Source: Octopus bimaculoides (taxonomy: Eukaryota). From it: 37,813 nt of DNA. Positions 37,369 through 37,813 of the stretch are shown in pieces. A program made the translations under genes and the position numbers. The stretch spans positions 39,984,715 to 40,022,527 of the forward strand of contig NC_068988.1 of assembly GCF_001194135.2 (NCBI RefSeq), written 5' to 3'. The notes under the pieces were generated by a model that worked only from the letters and a program-made list of their open reading frames with translations, did no database searches and was not told where the DNA came from. Numbering within the stretch: the first letter of the stretch is position 1; each line of letters starts with the position of its first letter.

Positions 37369-37422
37369 CACCTGGTTTAAACTGTGTTCTTCATTTGCAA
37401 GACCCTCCTTCATATACTTGGA
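37369..37422 (-). CDS. Candidate 54-nt exon (SKYMKEGLANEEHSLNQV)
   Basis: Donor GTG|GTGAGT, single open frame ending in phase 0. The acceptor is weak. Confidence 0.18.
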
Positions 37423-37523
37423 CTACTCGCTTACACTTTACATGCAACACATTACAAGAAATGAAATGTATTTGATCTCTCCCCACGCCCTGGAAACATG
37501 CATAATCAAATTGGAGAACTTAC

Positions 37524-37538
37524 TATTATTATTATTAC

Positions 37539-37569
<31 letters not shown>
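37524..37569. repeat. (ATT)n/(AAT)n tract at the R4/Dong-like 3' junction
   Basis: Directly visible, with one ACC interruption. Confidence 0.95.
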
Positions 37570-37813
37570 TTATGTTTGACTTTTGTTTTGCATTTGTACA
37601 AGTTGGATCCAAGTCTCACCAAGAGACCTCAAGAGACAACAAGTTAGAAGTTCATGTAGGTGTTATGCCTAGAGTACCATATATTTGGATTTGTACAGTT
37701 TTGTTCAAGTGAATGTTTAAGAAACCATAAGAAAATTATGTGTTTGCTTTAAAATTTGAGATCACATAGACAGTATTTTACGTAGGATATGGGCAGTTCC
37801 CATGAGCACTATC
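37570..37813 (-). mobile_element. 3' end of an R4/Dong-like (restriction-like endonuclease) non-LTR retrotransposon, truncated by the window edge
   Basis: Minus strand 37812-37762 reads IVLMGTAHILRKILSM*, resembling the VLLGTAxILRKVL C-terminus of R4-clade ORFs. It is followed by a ~190-nt 3' UTR that ends in the (AAT)n tract at 37524-37569. Confidence 0.72.

Overview
AT-rich, microsatellite-dense animal genomic DNA with seven N-gaps. From recalled repeat families it is probably an octopod cephalopod (Octopus-like); this is an inference, not a database result. No host protein-coding gene was recognised. Most ORFs in the supplied track are translated microsatellites, gaps or SINE bodies, so the window reads as a large intron or intergenic region. 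Well-supported elements: a decayed 5'-truncated Penelope-like retroelement (RT + GIY-YIG, ~9.74-11.06 kb) with a minimal hammerhead-ribozyme motif downstream and a second copy of that cassette at ~35.4 kb; a Tc1-like transposase remnant (~17.9-18.4 kb, minus); the 3' end of an R4/Dong-like element abutting an (ATT)n tract at the right edge; and tRNA-derived SINEs of at least three families. The least explained feature is a ~192-nt unit duplicated in tandem at 21.65/22.0 kb, with a conserved, hairpin-rich core and more diverged flanks. A few isolated candidate exons are listed at low confidence.
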